The translations under genes were made by a program, and so were the position numbers. The notes beneath the pieces were generated by a model. It worked only from the letters and a program-made list of their open reading frames with translations, did not search any database and had not been told where the DNA came from. A DNA stretch of 64,000 nt from Chlamydiia bacterium (GTDB lineage: Bacteria > Chlamydiota > Chlamydiia > Chlamydiales > JAAKFQ01). Each line of letters opens with the position of its first letter. The first letter of the stretch is position 1. The stretch is from the NCBI GenBank assembly GCA_041688145.1, contig JBDNIV010000017.1:1-64000 (forward strand), read 5' to 3'. Below, one piece after another: positions 1-8,730 of the stretch.

Positions 1-2
1 AG

Positions 3-1211
3 TTCTCTTTGTAAGAGCATAAGACCGCCACACATAGAAACAATGCCACCTGCAATAAGAGCATATTTAGAACCATAACCTGCAATAACTCCACCTACAA
101 GACCCGATATTACTTCTGCAATAACTCGAACGCTTTGGTTAAGGCCTAAACTTTTCCCCTGGGGCAGATCTGCCGAAGCTCTAGAAGCTATGAGCGTACA
201 TAGAGGATAGCTCAAGCCAAGGCCTAATCCTGTAAGAGGTAATGTGTATAAAAATCCTCTGGGATCGGTGTTTTGGGTCATTAGAAGGATGCCAATACAA
301 AAGCTTACAGAAGCTATTGCTAAAAGGCGTGTTTCTCCAAAAATTCTAGAAGCTACTTTCATAATAAAGAGCTGAGAAAAAGCAATACAAATGCCTCCAT
401 AAGCAGCAAGCATGCCTAGTTCATAGGCTCCAAATGAAAAAACTTCAAAAAAGTGTGTTGTGTAAAAACGAAAGTAGGAAAAAATACCAATATAAATCAA
501 AAAGTTTGTTGTAAAAATGCGAACCAAGGGCTTGCTTTGAAAAAGGGCTATAACACCTTTTATTTGGTCTTTAACGCCCTCTTCTGTTTTATTTCCAACA
601 ACAGGGGCATCCTCTGCTTTTAAATAGAGATATAAGGCCCCTAAGACCATAAAGGCGCCTATAGTCCAAAAAGCATAAGCGCAGTTCATTGGAGTAAGGC
701 CACTAGAGCGGATCCACTGACCCACAGAAAGCGGCCCAATAATGAACGCTAAACTAATAAAAGCATAAAGTCTTCCTAGCAAAACGCCTCTGTCTACACC
801 TGAGGCTCTATCGGTAATAGCCGCTTGCACAATAGAGAGATTTCCTTGAACAAAGCCGCAAAAAAGCCTGCATAAAATGAGACCTACAAGAGTTTTAGCC
901 ATAATCATAAGGCCTATACCTGCGTAGCCAATAACACTTCCTGATAGTGAAAGTATAAGCGCCTTTCTACGCCCAATGCGATCAGAGAGCATCCCCCAAA
1001 AACTAGAGCCAAAAAATTGACCTACAGGATGGATAATAAATGTTAAAGAAAGCCAAAACATTCTTGTAGAATGGCCTAAATAAGCATCAAAGAAGAAAGA
1101 AGTTTTTTTAAGAAAAATAGGAGGGAAAAGAGGTATTGGAGTGCTCATCCCTAAAAAACCGATGAATATTGCAATAAAGAAGGGAATGAGCTGACGGCGG
1201 CTCGTAGACAT
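3..1211 (-). CDS. MFS transporter, DHA1/TetA-like (3' end runs off the window)
   Basis: Not in the ORF track. Hand translation from ATG 1211 gives MSTSRRQLIPFFIAIFIGFLGM...WGMLSDRIGRRKAL (MFS motif A)...CRLFCGFVQGN...AFIIGPL, with many hydrophobic segments. Confidence 0.88.
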   Translation of the reverse strand, partial: MSTSRRQLIPFFIAIFIGFLGMSTPIPLFPPIFLKKTSFFFDAYLGHSTRMFWLSLTFIIHPVGQFFGSSFWGMLSDRIGRRKALILSLSGSVIGYAGIGLMIMAKTLVGLILCRLFCGFVQGNLSIVQAAITDRASGVDRGVLLGRLYAFISLAFIIGPLSVGQWIRSSGLTPMNCAYAFWTIGAFMVLGALYLYLKAEDAPVVGNKTEEGVKDQIKGVIALFQSKPLVRIFTTNFLIYIGIFSYFRFYTTHFFEVFSFGAYELGMLAAYGGICIAFSQLFIMKVASRIFGETRLLAIASVSFCIGILLMTQNTDPRGFLYTLPLTGLGLGLSYPLCTLIASRASADLPQGKSLGLNQSVRVIAEVISGLVGGVIAGYGSKYALIAGGIVSMCGGLMLLQRE

Positions 1212-1344
1212 ACAGTTCCTTTTATAGAGAGCATATACCATTGGCTATTTTAGCTAAAGAGCCAAAAATTTACTTTAAAAACGCCTCTTTTCTATTGCCT
1301 CTATGCAGTATTTTTTTTACACTTGGAACCATCAAGGAGTTTTT

Positions 1345-1692
1345 ATGAAACAATTTTCTATTTTTGCTGTTTTTATTTTTGCTATTTTTTTACTTATTGG
1401 AGGAGCTGTAGGTTTTGTAAAAGCTGGAAGTCTCATATCCCTAGTTGCCTCAGTCTTATCTAGCCTGGTTATGATATTAAGTGGCATTGGCATGTTAAAA
1501 AATAAGGCTTTTGGGACTTATTCAGCCCTTATAGCTTCTGTTATCTTAATGGTTGTTTTTGGGTTTCGCTTTGCAAATAGCGGCCGTTTTATGCCTGCAG
1601 GGCTTGTGCTTACAGCTTCTGTGATTGTAGCCTTCTTAGTTTCTTTATCCTTAAGATCAGATTGCAAACGCTTAGATAACTCGTCTAAATAG
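1345..1692 (+). CDS. TMEM14-family small membrane protein
   Basis: GG.VGFVKAGSLISL and RF..SGRFMPAGL motifs, with four short TM segments. AAGGAG precedes ATG 1345. Confidence 0.85.
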   Translation: MKQFSIFAVFIFAIFLLIGGAVGFVKAGSLISLVASVLSSLVMILSGIGMLKNKAFGTYSALIASVILMVVFGFRFANSGRFMPAGLVLTASVIVAFLVSLSLRSDCKRLDNSSK

Positions 1693-1703
1693 TGTATCTG
1701 CTC

Positions 1704-2288
1704 TTACTGGGTTTCCAAAGAGACAGCTTCTTGGCGAGCTACACCGAAGTGTTCGAGCTTTACTTTGATAGATTTGCCTTTAACTAAAGCGCGTACTCCC
1801 TTCTTTCCTGATCCAGTCCACTTCATACCTTCAGGAAGGTTGACATAGTACGTGCGGCCACCGCTTGATACAGTCAGCCTCTTATTGAAAGGATCATACT
1901 TTTCTACTGTCCCTGAAACCTCTGAAGATTGTGGCTTAGGAACAGGGCTTTTCCTGTGAATAATAGGCTCAGTGACTTCTAGATTACTGAGCTGTAGTAT
2001 GCCCCCTGAATTGCCCCCTGGAGCCATAAGCACCTTTTGCCCAACGCTTAAATCGCTAAAAGCAATCGGCTTTTTGTTCGATGAGAGGCCTGATCCCCTC
2101 CCTAAGTAAAGCGTGCTACTATAGCCATTAGCTGAGACGGTAACAGAGTAATTATTAGTATTTACGAAGAGAATTTTACCCTCAAACATCTCCTCGCTGC
2201 TTTTACTGCTTTGAGTCTGAGCTAAAGCAGCCATAGGCACAGAAAAAAAAGCTAATGAACAAAATAGATAGTGGGAGATGCGCCTCAT
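1704..2288 (-). CDS. Secreted hypothetical protein with two small beta-rich (OB-like/DUF5666-like) modules
   Basis: Signal-peptide-like N-terminus ending ALA-Q and two similar modules (EGKI...LSVGQKV; SGTVEK...LVKGKSIKV). ATGA overlap with the upstream gene. Confidence 0.6.
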   Translation of the reverse strand: MRRISHYLFCSLAFFSVPMAALAQTQSSKSSEEMFEGKILFVNTNNYSVTVSANGYSSTLYLGRGSGLSSNKKPIAFSDLSVGQKVLMAPGGNSGGILQLSNLEVTEPIIHRKSPVPKPQSSEVSGTVEKYDPFNKRLTVSSGGRTYYVNLPEGMKWTGSGKKGVRALVKGKSIKVKLEHFGVARQEAVSLETQ

Positions 2289-3199
2289 GTCTCAACTTTG
2301 GTTTCTTTGAGCCTTTCCCTAGAGTAGATTATCAGGCCTAAAGCAGCAACACTTGTAGCTAAGAAAAACTTCCATGACAGAGGCTCATCCAGGACCATCC
2401 AGCCATAAAAATGTGAGAATATAGGCACAGAAAAACCTAAGAAAGAGACTAGAGTAACGGGATACTTTTTCAAAAAATGCGCATACATTGTGTAGGCTAT
2501 AAGATTACCTATGATGACGGTATAAGCAATCAAAAAGAGCATCTGGGGTGAGGCCCAAATACTTAAAGGGGCTGCATTGCCTGTAGCAAAAGAGGCTATA
2601 AGTGCAAAACACCCCGAACCTAACATGCTAATGCCGTTAAGCTCTGCTGGCTGATAACGGCTACTCTTGAGCAGTGACTGAGTCAAAATCCATCCATAGC
2701 GCCCAATGACAACAGCACCTAACGCAGCAAGCACTGGCCAAGTAAAGAGCTTCCTTAAGTCAAAGATATCTCCATAGGCCGTACGCCGTGTGCTAATAAG
2801 CAATGTGATAGCAAAAAAGCCGATACAAATGCCTATGAATTTACGGTAAGTGATTTTTTCACTAAAGAGAAGATATGCATATATTGCTGTAATAAAGGGG
2901 TCTAGACTGCCGATTAGAACAGCTTCTGAAGACATTAGGTATTTCAAAGCAAAAGCTTTAAAAACAGAGGGAACAAAAGTCGTAGAAAAGCAGATAGTAA
3001 GTAAAGCGCCAGTATCTTTTTTTAGGTGAGCAAGACGCATATTAGGAGATCTTTTCCAGAGATAGAATCCACATAAAAAGATCCCAGCAATAAACATCCT
3101 GAGTCCAACAAAAAAGACAGGTGAAAGCTCATATAAAAGAAATTTATTAGCAGTAAAAGCACTGGCTAAAAGGGCAAAGCCCAAAATGATCCAAGCCAC
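2285..3199 (-). CDS. DMT/EamA-family transporter
   Basis: About 10 TM segments in two EamA repeats (P.FFVGLRM..AG; LFSEKI; LDEPLSW). Confidence 0.88.
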   Translation of the reverse strand: MAWIILGFALLASAFTANKFLLYELSPVFFVGLRMFIAGIFLCGFYLWKRSPNMRLAHLKKDTGALLTICFSTTFVPSVFKAFALKYLMSSEAVLIGSLDPFITAIYAYLLFSEKITYRKFIGICIGFFAITLLISTRRTAYGDIFDLRKLFTWPVLAALGAVVIGRYGWILTQSLLKSSRYQPAELNGISMLGSGCFALIASFATGNAAPLSIWASPQMLFLIAYTVIIGNLIAYTMYAHFLKKYPVTLVSFLGFSVPIFSHFYGWMVLDEPLSWKFFLATSVAALGLIIYSRERLKETKVET

Positions 3200-3217
3200 T
3201 TAAAAACCTTTTAGGAT

Positions 3218-3850
3218 TTAAAACTCGCTTGCCTTTAGTTTCTCTGCAAAGACGCCCTGTTTGGATAAGATGGCAAGCTCTTTACCGTTGCCCTTCATTT
3301 CTACCACAGCGCCGCTTTTTATTTCAATGGAAGACTCATCATACTTACCAATAAGAATCATTAAAATTTTAATAATCCAATCATGAGTGACAATCACTAC
3401 ATGCTTGCCTTTATGGCGCTCACAGATGGTGTGTAAGGTAGGTAAAACTCTTTCAGCAAGGTCTATATGGCTTTCCCCATCATCAATAATTTTATTGAAT
3501 AGCTTTTCATAAAAGTTGAGCTCGCTATGCTTAAGCATCGCTTCCATAAAGATATTCTCATATTCGCTCTTATGCATCCCTTCGGCTTTCCCAAGCCTTC
3601 TTTCAGAAACGCCCTCTTCAATTACCACATCGCAGTTGTGACGGCTAGCGATTAAAGTTGCCGTATCAAATGCTCTTTTCATCTGTGATGTGTAAATAGC
3701 ATGAATTGGATGATGCCCTAGGACCTCAGCTAAAAGCTCAGCCTCTGCCTCCCCTTTCTTATTTAAAGGGCAGTCAGATGCGCTATGCATAATGCCTTTT
3801 TTATCCAGATCTGTTTCCCCGTGACGCACGAGATAAAGATATGTCTCCAT
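3218..3850 (-). CDS. Histidine phosphatase (phosphoglycerate mutase-like) family protein
   Basis: LYLVRHGET catalytic motif, S..KRA..TA, GES and VTH. Confidence 0.9.
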   Translation of the reverse strand: METYLYLVRHGETDLDKKGIMHSASDCPLNKKGEAEAELLAEVLGHHPIHAIYTSQMKRAFDTATLIASRHNCDVVIEEGVSERRLGKAEGMHKSEYENIFMEAMLKHSELNFYEKLFNKIIDDGESHIDLAERVLPTLHTICERHKGKHVVIVTHDWIIKILMILIGKYDESSIEIKSGAVVEMKGNGKELAILSKQGVFAEKLKASEF

Positions 3851-3855
3851 AAAGA

Positions 3856-3903
3856 AATTCCCCCTTAATCTGGACTATAGCAAATCCAAATTAAAGGGGA
3901 ATT
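3856..3903 (-). terminator. Long hairpin after the ankyrin gene, overlapping the RBS of the phosphatase gene
   Basis: Minus strand reads AATTCCCCTTTAATTTGGA-loop-TCCAGATTAAGGGGGAATT followed by TCTTT. Confidence 0.5.
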
Positions 3904-3927
3904 GAAATCTGTTTTTTCTTACTTAAA

Positions 3928-4518
3928 CTAGCTTGCTACAAAGAGAGCTTTCAAGCCAGTAGCTATTGCATAGGTTTTTGCAGCAAGGCTTTTTCTAGTA
4001 GACGGGCTTTCATTGAGCCCATGAAAGGAGTCTTCGAGTGTTATCTCTGTATACTCTGAGATATCCAAATCGTCTGTTTCTACAGTAGCAGGCGTCTCTT
4101 TAGCAGAAGGAACCTGCCCTAGGTTATCTTGAGCTATGATATCAGCACCCGCCCGAAGAAGCTCTAAGACCATTTGAGTATTGTTAGAGCTAGCAGCTAT
4201 ATGGAGAGCTGTCTCACCAAATACATTGGTGGCATTGACATCAGCACCTACCTTAATAGCAGATCTTAATTTGGCTATATCCCCTTTTTGAGCAGCAATA
4301 TGCAACACCGTATTCTCAAGAGCATCTCTTAAGCCTATTTCAGCTTGAGTGACAGGTGCACCCATTTTGCTATTGTGTAGAGCTCTATCAGCTACGCTTG
4401 TGATAGGGGCTTTTTTCTGAAATTGAATAGGGCTCACTTGATCTAAAGCATCTGCTCTATCCAACAAATCACTGAAAACATCTTGCCCTACTAGGGTATC
4501 TGGAAATTTCACACTCAT
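3928..4518 (-). CDS. Ankyrin-repeat protein
   Basis: NTVLHIAAQKG...GADVNATNVFGETALHIAAS...LLRAGADIIAQDNLGQVP gives two full repeats and a partial third. Confidence 0.9.
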   Translation of the reverse strand: MSVKFPDTLVGQDVFSDLLDRADALDQVSPIQFQKKAPITSVADRALHNSKMGAPVTQAEIGLRDALENTVLHIAAQKGDIAKLRSAIKVGADVNATNVFGETALHIAASSNNTQMVLELLRAGADIIAQDNLGQVPSAKETPATVETDDLDISEYTEITLEDSFHGLNESPSTRKSLAAKTYAIATGLKALFVAS

Positions 4519-4771
4519 ACTAAAACCTATTTAAAGTAGTTAATTTATAATTCAATAATACTATTTTTAGTTTTATAAAATGCAAACATAACATTAATTT
4601 CAATTAAAGAGCTTTTGGCCGGACACAGCACAAAGTACTGACTGTAAGATCATTACGAATTGCGTACTTTAATGAGAGATAAAAAAATACGAGACCCTGA
4701 GTAACTTAGGCCTATCTGCCCAAGCCACCATCCACACAACCGCTTTGCTAACAATAGGCCTCTATTGAAGA

Positions 4772-5794
4772 CTAGTAGCTATGCTTACCTACTTCAACCT
4801 TGCCTCTGAAAGTCCTATAAACATAGGAGGCGTAATAGTAAAATAGAGGCACCCCAGTAGCTGCTATAATAGTAAGGGTTAAAAGGGTGATAAAGCTCGA
4901 AGAACTATTGAATATAGTCATACTGTTTTCAGCAGCATTTACCGTTGAAGGAAGTAAGTAGGGAAAAGTCCCAATGCAAAATAGAGCTACAAAAAGAGCA
5001 ATAGCTACTACAGAAGAAATAAAGGCTAAGCCGTACTTTTTCTTGATTACACAGCGAATTACTGAAAAGAAAGAGCCTAGACTTAAGATAGCTACAATCC
5101 AAAGCGATGGTGAGTGATTCATCCGGTGAAGCATCTGCTGCTCAGTAGTGAAGGTCATTGTAGTTGCTATAAACCAAAAGAGCAAAAAGCCTCCAATAAG
5201 AAAGGGCATCCAGCTCTTAATCTGCTTTTGCAAAGCGCCTTCTGTTTTCATGAGCAAATATAGGGCTCCATGCATAATAAAAAGTGCTGTCGCTAGCGCC
5301 CCAATAGAAAAAGCATAAGCATTGAAGAAGTCGAGCTGATCTGGAATCATATTCCCCATTTCGTCTAAGGGTACTCCACGAGCCATATTACCAAGTACCA
5401 TGCCAAGATCAAAAGCCATCACAAAGCTGGAAAGACAAAAACATAGATCCCAAAAAGCCCGCCAATGTAAATTTTCTGTTTTGCTACGAAACTCTAGCGA
5501 AGCCGCCCGAAACATGAACATAGCTACTATGAGTAAAACAGGGAGGTAAAAACCTGAAGTAACCGCAGCAAATACAGGTGGAAAACCTGCAAAAATCACG
5601 CCTGTAGATATTACAATCCACAAAGAGTTCCCGTCCCACACAGGGCCTATCGCATTTAGAAAAATCCGCCTATCTTTGTTGCTTTTAGCAAAAAGATGTA
5701 AACAGCCTACCCCTAAATCAAATCCATCTAAAGCTGCATATGAAATCACTGCAACAGCAAAAACCAGATAGACAAGAACTTGTAATATTTCCAT
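4772..5794 (-). CDS. cydB: Cytochrome bd ubiquinol oxidase subunit II
   Basis: LDGFDLGVG, IGPVWDGN, FR...LEFR motifs. It follows cydA, and GGAG precedes ATG 5794. Confidence 0.95.
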   Translation of the reverse strand: MEILQVLVYLVFAVAVISYAALDGFDLGVGCLHLFAKSNKDRRIFLNAIGPVWDGNSLWIVISTGVIFAGFPPVFAAVTSGFYLPVLLIVAMFMFRAASLEFRSKTENLHWRAFWDLCFCLSSFVMAFDLGMVLGNMARGVPLDEMGNMIPDQLDFFNAYAFSIGALATALFIMHGALYLLMKTEGALQKQIKSWMPFLIGGFLLFWFIATTMTFTTEQQMLHRMNHSPSLWIVAILSLGSFFSVIRCVIKKKYGLAFISSVVAIALFVALFCIGTFPYLLPSTVNAAENSMTIFNSSSSFITLLTLTIIAATGVPLFYYYASYVYRTFRGKVEVGKHSY

Positions 5795-5806
5795 AAAATT
5801 CTCCAA

Positions 5807-7171
5807 TTAAGCTTTTTTACCTTCGTAACGATCTCGAAACTCAGACTCGTCTTCTTCTAGAGTAGGCCCATGTTTAATCTTACGGTCTAATAAAAACAGG
5901 AATAAAACAAAAAATCCTGTGTAAATCACAATAAACATAATCAGTGAGATTAGGTTTTGCATAGGAGTCACTGTAGCTGAAAAGGCCTCCTTAGTTTTAA
6001 GAAGATCGTGAACTACCCAAGGCTGCCTGCCCATACAAGCTGAATACCATCCAGAGAGACTTGCTATCTGAGGAAAGGCTACAGAAACTATAAGAATCTT
6101 AAACATCCAGGGCTTGCCCTTCCATTTCTTTTTCCAAAGATATAGACCTAAAGCCACACAAGCCGCCATTACCACAAAAAGTCCTATCATCAAATGGTAT
6201 AGTTGAAAAACAACAGGCACATTAGGCCACTCTTCTTTTGGAAAGCTTTTAAGGCCTGGCACAGGGGTTTTAAAGTCTGAATGAACTAAAAAGCTTAAAA
6301 GGCCTGGCACTTTAAGGCCGTAAGATTTTTCAGCTTTCATATCCACCCACCCAAATCCATAGGCAGGCGTGTATTCCTGTGTATCAAAAACACCTTCAAA
6401 TGCAGCTAGCTTTATAGGATTATATTGAGCAATAACTTTGCCCAATCTATCAGCAGAAACTAGCTGTAAAATAGTAGATACTGTAGCTAGTATAAGACCC
6501 ATCTTCATAGCTACTTTTGCAAAATCCTTATGACGATTTTTTAACATGTAATAAGCAGCGATGCTGATTACAAGAAAAGCTCCTGAAAGCCACGCAGATA
6601 AAACAACATGACTGAACTGAGCTACAGTTGAGGGGTTAAAAACGACATCCCACCAGTTGCTGACCTGGGCTACTGTCTGCCCTCCCCTGCCTTTAACAAG
6701 CACATGGCCCGCTGGTGTATGCATCCATGAGTTTGCTGCTACTATCCAAAAGCCACTTAAATGCGCTCCAAATGAGACCATAATAGCCGAAAGAAGGTGG
6801 ATTTTAGCACTTACACGTTTCCACCCAAAAAGAAGAATACCTAAAAAACCCGCCTCCATTGCAAAGGCAAAGACCCCTTCAGCCCCCAGAATTCCACCAA
6901 AAACATCTCCTACAAAGCGAGAGTACCTGGCCCAATTAGTTCCCAAACTAAATTGCATAGGCACGCCTGTTGCGACCCCAAGAGCAAACGTTAGGGCAAA
7001 AACCCTAATCCAGAATTTAAGCTGCACCTCCCACTCATGGCTTTTGGTCTTCATATACATAAAAGCCATAAAAATCAGGAGCAAGGAGAGGCCTATGCTC
7101 AAAGGCGGATATATGTAGTGAAATGTGATCATGTAAGCAAATTGGATACGTGATAAAATCTCTGTAGTCAC
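5807..7171 (-). CDS. cydA: Cytochrome bd ubiquinol oxidase subunit I (short Q-loop)
   Basis: RIQF...FH, GTNW, ANSWMHTP, KLAAFEG and GRQPW motifs. Confidence 0.96.
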   Translation of the reverse strand: MTTEILSRIQFAYMITFHYIYPPLSIGLSLLLIFMAFMYMKTKSHEWEVQLKFWIRVFALTFALGVATGVPMQFSLGTNWARYSRFVGDVFGGILGAEGVFAFAMEAGFLGILLFGWKRVSAKIHLLSAIMVSFGAHLSGFWIVAANSWMHTPAGHVLVKGRGGQTVAQVSNWWDVVFNPSTVAQFSHVVLSAWLSGAFLVISIAAYYMLKNRHKDFAKVAMKMGLILATVSTILQLVSADRLGKVIAQYNPIKLAAFEGVFDTQEYTPAYGFGWVDMKAEKSYGLKVPGLLSFLVHSDFKTPVPGLKSFPKEEWPNVPVVFQLYHLMIGLFVVMAACVALGLYLWKKKWKGKPWMFKILIVSVAFPQIASLSGWYSACMGRQPWVVHDLLKTKEAFSATVTPMQNLISLIMFIVIYTGFFVLFLFLLDRKIKHGPTLEEDESEFRDRYEGKKA

Positions 7172-7418
7172 CTAACTTCTCCTGATTTTCAATTAAAATC
7201 CTAAAACTGCTCTAATGAGATTAAGATATCTCCTGAAAAAGCACTTCTATATAGCTCCCTCATTCTGAAAGGGCTGGAGATTAAGCTCAAGAATTTTCTT
7301 TGCAAAAGAAGATAAAAATAAAATAAAGTATAAAAACTATTTTCAAAAAATACCTATTTATGGATCATGACGGTAGAGCAAGCTTTTTCGAAACACCTAA
7401 CAACCTTTGGGAGTTGAA

Positions 7419-7625
7419 ATGAAAAAATTAGATGTATTGACTGCGGTCCTAGTAATAATCGGTGGATTAAACTGGGGACTAATCGGTCTGTTTGACTTCA
7501 ACTTTGTTGACTATGTTTTCTCAAAAACATGGGTAGATAACTTAATCTACGTCATCATCGGTATTTCAGCTGCATACGAGTTTTTTGGCTACAAAGCCAT
7601 CCGTAAGCGCTGGAGCAAAAAGTAA
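7419..7625 (+). CDS. DUF378-family small membrane protein (copy 1)
   Basis: LVIIGGLNWGLIGLFDFNFV...IYVIIGISA. GGGAG precedes ATG 7419. Confidence 0.88.
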   Translation: MKKLDVLTAVLVIIGGLNWGLIGLFDFNFVDYVFSKTWVDNLIYVIIGISAAYEFFGYKAIRKRWSKK

Positions 7626-7656
7626 GCGCACCTTAAGATCTTAAGTTCGCGTACTT

Positions 7657-7690
7657 AAAAGCTTTTTCCTTAGGGAAAAGGCTTTTTTTT
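7657..7690 (+). terminator. Intrinsic terminator after DUF378 copy 1
   Basis: AAAAGCTTTTTCC-loop-GGAAAAGGC followed by T8. Confidence 0.75.
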
Positions 7691-7818
7691 GCTCAATAAA
7701 ATCTTAAAAGAGGTTCAAATTTACTATTACAGTTTTTAAAAACAGCTTGCGGAGATATTAGTAAGCTGATAAAATCGACCCTCAAGTCAAGACAATAAAA
7801 ACTAAGAGAAGCATCTCA

Positions 7819-8358
7819 ATGCTGTACATAACACCTAACTTAGAAAGCCCAAGAACTATTTCTGATTGCTCTTTTAATGAGCAAGAAAATGAGCTCATCA
7901 TCACAGATCTAGAAGGTCGCACTGAGAAAATTGCCTTAAACGCTCTAACTGAGAATCTATTACCTTTAGATAAATATTCTGGCTCACCTCTCGCTGCAAG
8001 GATTCTACAGCCTATGTGTCTAAGGAAAAATCAATTTCGTTACTTCAGATTTTTAGCTATTGTTATCAGTACTATAGGGATTGGAATACTGCTTACCCCT
8101 CTTATCTTACACTTCGATCTTAAATGGACTTCTCAAAGAGAAGATCTCACTTTGTATAAAGGCGTTAAGAAGGGTTTTGACAACTTGAATAAGATCCATA
8201 CTGCTTTGTCTAAAAGTAATGATGTGTCAAGAAACACTCTTTTAAGGCTTGAACTCGATATTGCACGCTTCCACAGCATCGTTAATGGAGACTATTTAGT
8301 AAGAAGAGACTCTACTAATGAACTCACAGAATTAGGCTATGTAACTGTTTTAAAATAG
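7819..8358 (+). CDS. Hypothetical protein with central hydrophobic segment
   Basis: 179-aa ORF filling the gap, with hydrophobic FLAIVISTIGIGILLTPLILHF. Confidence 0.65.
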   Translation: MLYITPNLESPRTISDCSFNEQENELIITDLEGRTEKIALNALTENLLPLDKYSGSPLAARILQPMCLRKNQFRYFRFLAIVISTIGIGILLTPLILHFDLKWTSQREDLTLYKGVKKGFDNLNKIHTALSKSNDVSRNTLLRLELDIARFHSIVNGDYLVRRDSTNELTELGYVTVLK

Positions 8359-8398
8359 AAATGCGGGCTAGTGTAGAGATTTTCAAGGAAATCAAGAC

Positions 8399-8428
8399 AA
8401 AAAAAAGGGGGCGGTAAGCCCCCTTTTT
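8399..8428. terminator. Bidirectional intrinsic terminator
   Basis: A-run, GGGGGC-GGTAA-GCCCCC, then a T-run, between convergent genes. Confidence 0.85.
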
Positions 8429-8430
8429 AG

Positions 8431-8628
8431 TTACCTTACGTATTTTCTCCACGTAAAGAACTGGTAAGCAGCGGAAATACCGATGATTACGTATAGTAAG
8501 TCTTCTATCCACATCTGACCAAATACATAGTCAATGATGTTGATATCAAACAGACCGATTAAGCCCCAAGTTACACCTCCGATAACGGAAAAAGTGTGTG
8601 CTATAATTGGCAGTTTCTTTTTCATCAT
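8431..8628 (-). CDS. DUF378-family small membrane protein (copy 2)
   Basis: VIGGVTWGLIGLFDINIIDYVF...YVIIGISAAY, with an AGGAG RBS. Confidence 0.85.
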   Translation of the reverse strand: MMKKKLPIIAHTFSVIGGVTWGLIGLFDINIIDYVFGQMWIEDLLYVIIGISAAYQFFTWRKYVR

Positions 8629-8730
8629 TTCTCCTATAATTGGATATCCTAGTATACTGTATACATGGGGGCTTTTCCCCCATAAACTTCACAATGTAGA
8701 AATCATCTATTTTTGACAAAGAAAATTTTT

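Noticed and set aside
4610..4770. Possible cydX-like small subunit or structured RNA after cydB (short inverted repeats AAAGTAC/GTACTTT and GGCCTAT/ATAGGCC)
   Set aside because: No short ORF with an RBS and a clean TM helix was found, and the stems are too short to call an RNA.
6657..7118. 153-aa plus-strand ORF, and similar ones at 34683-35210, 43897-44274, 58586-58936 and many 60-110-aa ORFs
   Set aside because: They are antisense or alternate-frame shadows of well-supported genes, with no motifs of their own.
7620..7656. 14-bp palindrome CTTAAGATCTTAAG after DUF378 copy 1
   Set aside because: It is a single copy just before the terminator and most simply a 3' UTR hairpin.
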